Shown: in pieces, positions 63,480-64,000 of the stretch
Position numbering within the stretch: position 1 is the first letter of the stretch
How the letters are laid out: every line of letters begins with the position of its first letter
Sequence record: NC_052663.1
Length of the DNA: 64,000 nucleotides
From: Escherichia phage VEcB
Reading direction: 5' to 3' (one strand)
Notes under the pieces: model-generated
Told to the model about the DNA's origin: nothing
What the model saw: only the letters and a program-made list of their open reading frames with translations
Databases searched by the model: none
Position numbers and translations under genes: made by a program

Positions 63480-63992
63480 CTATCGTGTCCACTCTTTGTG
63501 TTGTTCTACATGCTCAAGCATTTCATTATATAGTGCTTTAAGATGTGGAACAACTCTTTCATCTTCAGTTTCAAAGAATTTTGTAAGCTGTTCTGCCTTA
63601 GCCTTCAACCAACAAAGATGCGCTTCAATTTCAGTATTAAAACGTCCCAGTGTTATAACACGTCCATCACGTTGAATATGGGCTTTATACTTTTTACGAT
63701 CTTTTTCGTAACTACATCCTACCATAGTCCCATGAGATCTTTTACTTACTCTATAAGCTAAGAACTTGTTAAGATCTCCTGTTACTAAAAGACAGGTATC
63801 GGGAGAGTAAACTCTCCCTCCTATAATATCTTTATCAAGTTCTAAGTTTTCCCAGTTATCCCAAGTTTGCAACCAAGAGTAGAAATTGGAGAACAGTTTC
63901 CATTCTTCACAAACCGTCACCCCATTATAACAAGGATCACGTTCTTGTTGACAAGGGGAGTAACACCTCCCCAACATAGCCATCCATTTCAT
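63480..63992 (-). CDS. HNH-AP2 family homing endonuclease
   Basis: 170 aa; WMAMLGRCYSP and AP2-like GCSYEKDRKKYKAHIQRDGRVITLGRF; paralogous to 8297-8926. Confidence 0.55.
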   Translation of the reverse strand: MKWMAMLGRCYSPCQQERDPCYNGVTVCEEWKLFSNFYSWLQTWDNWENLELDKDIIGGRVYSPDTCLLVTGDLNKFLAYRVSKRSHGTMVGCSYEKDRKKYKAHIQRDGRVITLGRFNTEIEAHLCWLKAKAEQLTKFFETEDERVVPHLKALYNEMLEHVEQHKEWTR

Positions 63993-64000
63993 ATAATGCG

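Noticed and set aside
1-64000. Prophage or temperate lifestyle (integrase, attachment sites, repressor)
   Set aside because: No integrase, recombinase or repressor-like gene was recognised; content (nucleotide metabolism, tRNA island, homing endonucleases) fits a virulent phage

Overview
This 64 kb window reads as a contiguous segment of a virulent tailed-phage genome with a contractile-tail (myovirus-like) structural module. Gene content (nadV plus prs, a large tRNA island, ThyX-like and tdk genes, several free-standing HNH/AP2 endonuclease genes) is reminiscent of Felix O1-like phages, but that is an impression from memory, not a search result. Layout: (1) 1-15137, minus strand, early/DNA-metabolism genes: ThyX-like thymidylate synthase, thymidine kinase, 3'-5' and 5'-3' exonucleases, an ATP-dependent ligase, a three-gene RNA-repair-like cassette and many small unknown ORFs. 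(2) 15480-18246, plus strand: PRPP synthetase and nicotinamide phosphoribosyltransferase. (3) 18990-22110: tRNA island with about 16 well-formed tRNA genes plus several atypical or degenerate tRNA-like elements. (4) 23231-60256, plus strand: spanin-like pair, large terminase carrying a mini-intein in its P-loop, portal, scaffold, decoration and major capsid proteins, sheath, tube, chaperone with a candidate -1 frameshift, tape measure, baseplate and several tail fibre/tailspike genes. (5) 60292-63992, minus strand: DNA methyltransferase, acidic-tailed ssDNA-binding-like protein, a small CCA-adding-enzyme-like nucleotidyltransferase and another HNH-AP2 endonuclease. No integrase, attachment site or CRISPR array was seen. 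The best candidate for a poorly described system is the split kinase / metallophosphoesterase / ligase cassette at 10765-12655, taken together with the tRNA island and the separate nucleotidyltransferase. All calls come from reading the sequence and the supplied ORF translations by eye; tRNAs were folded by hand and no database search or program was run.
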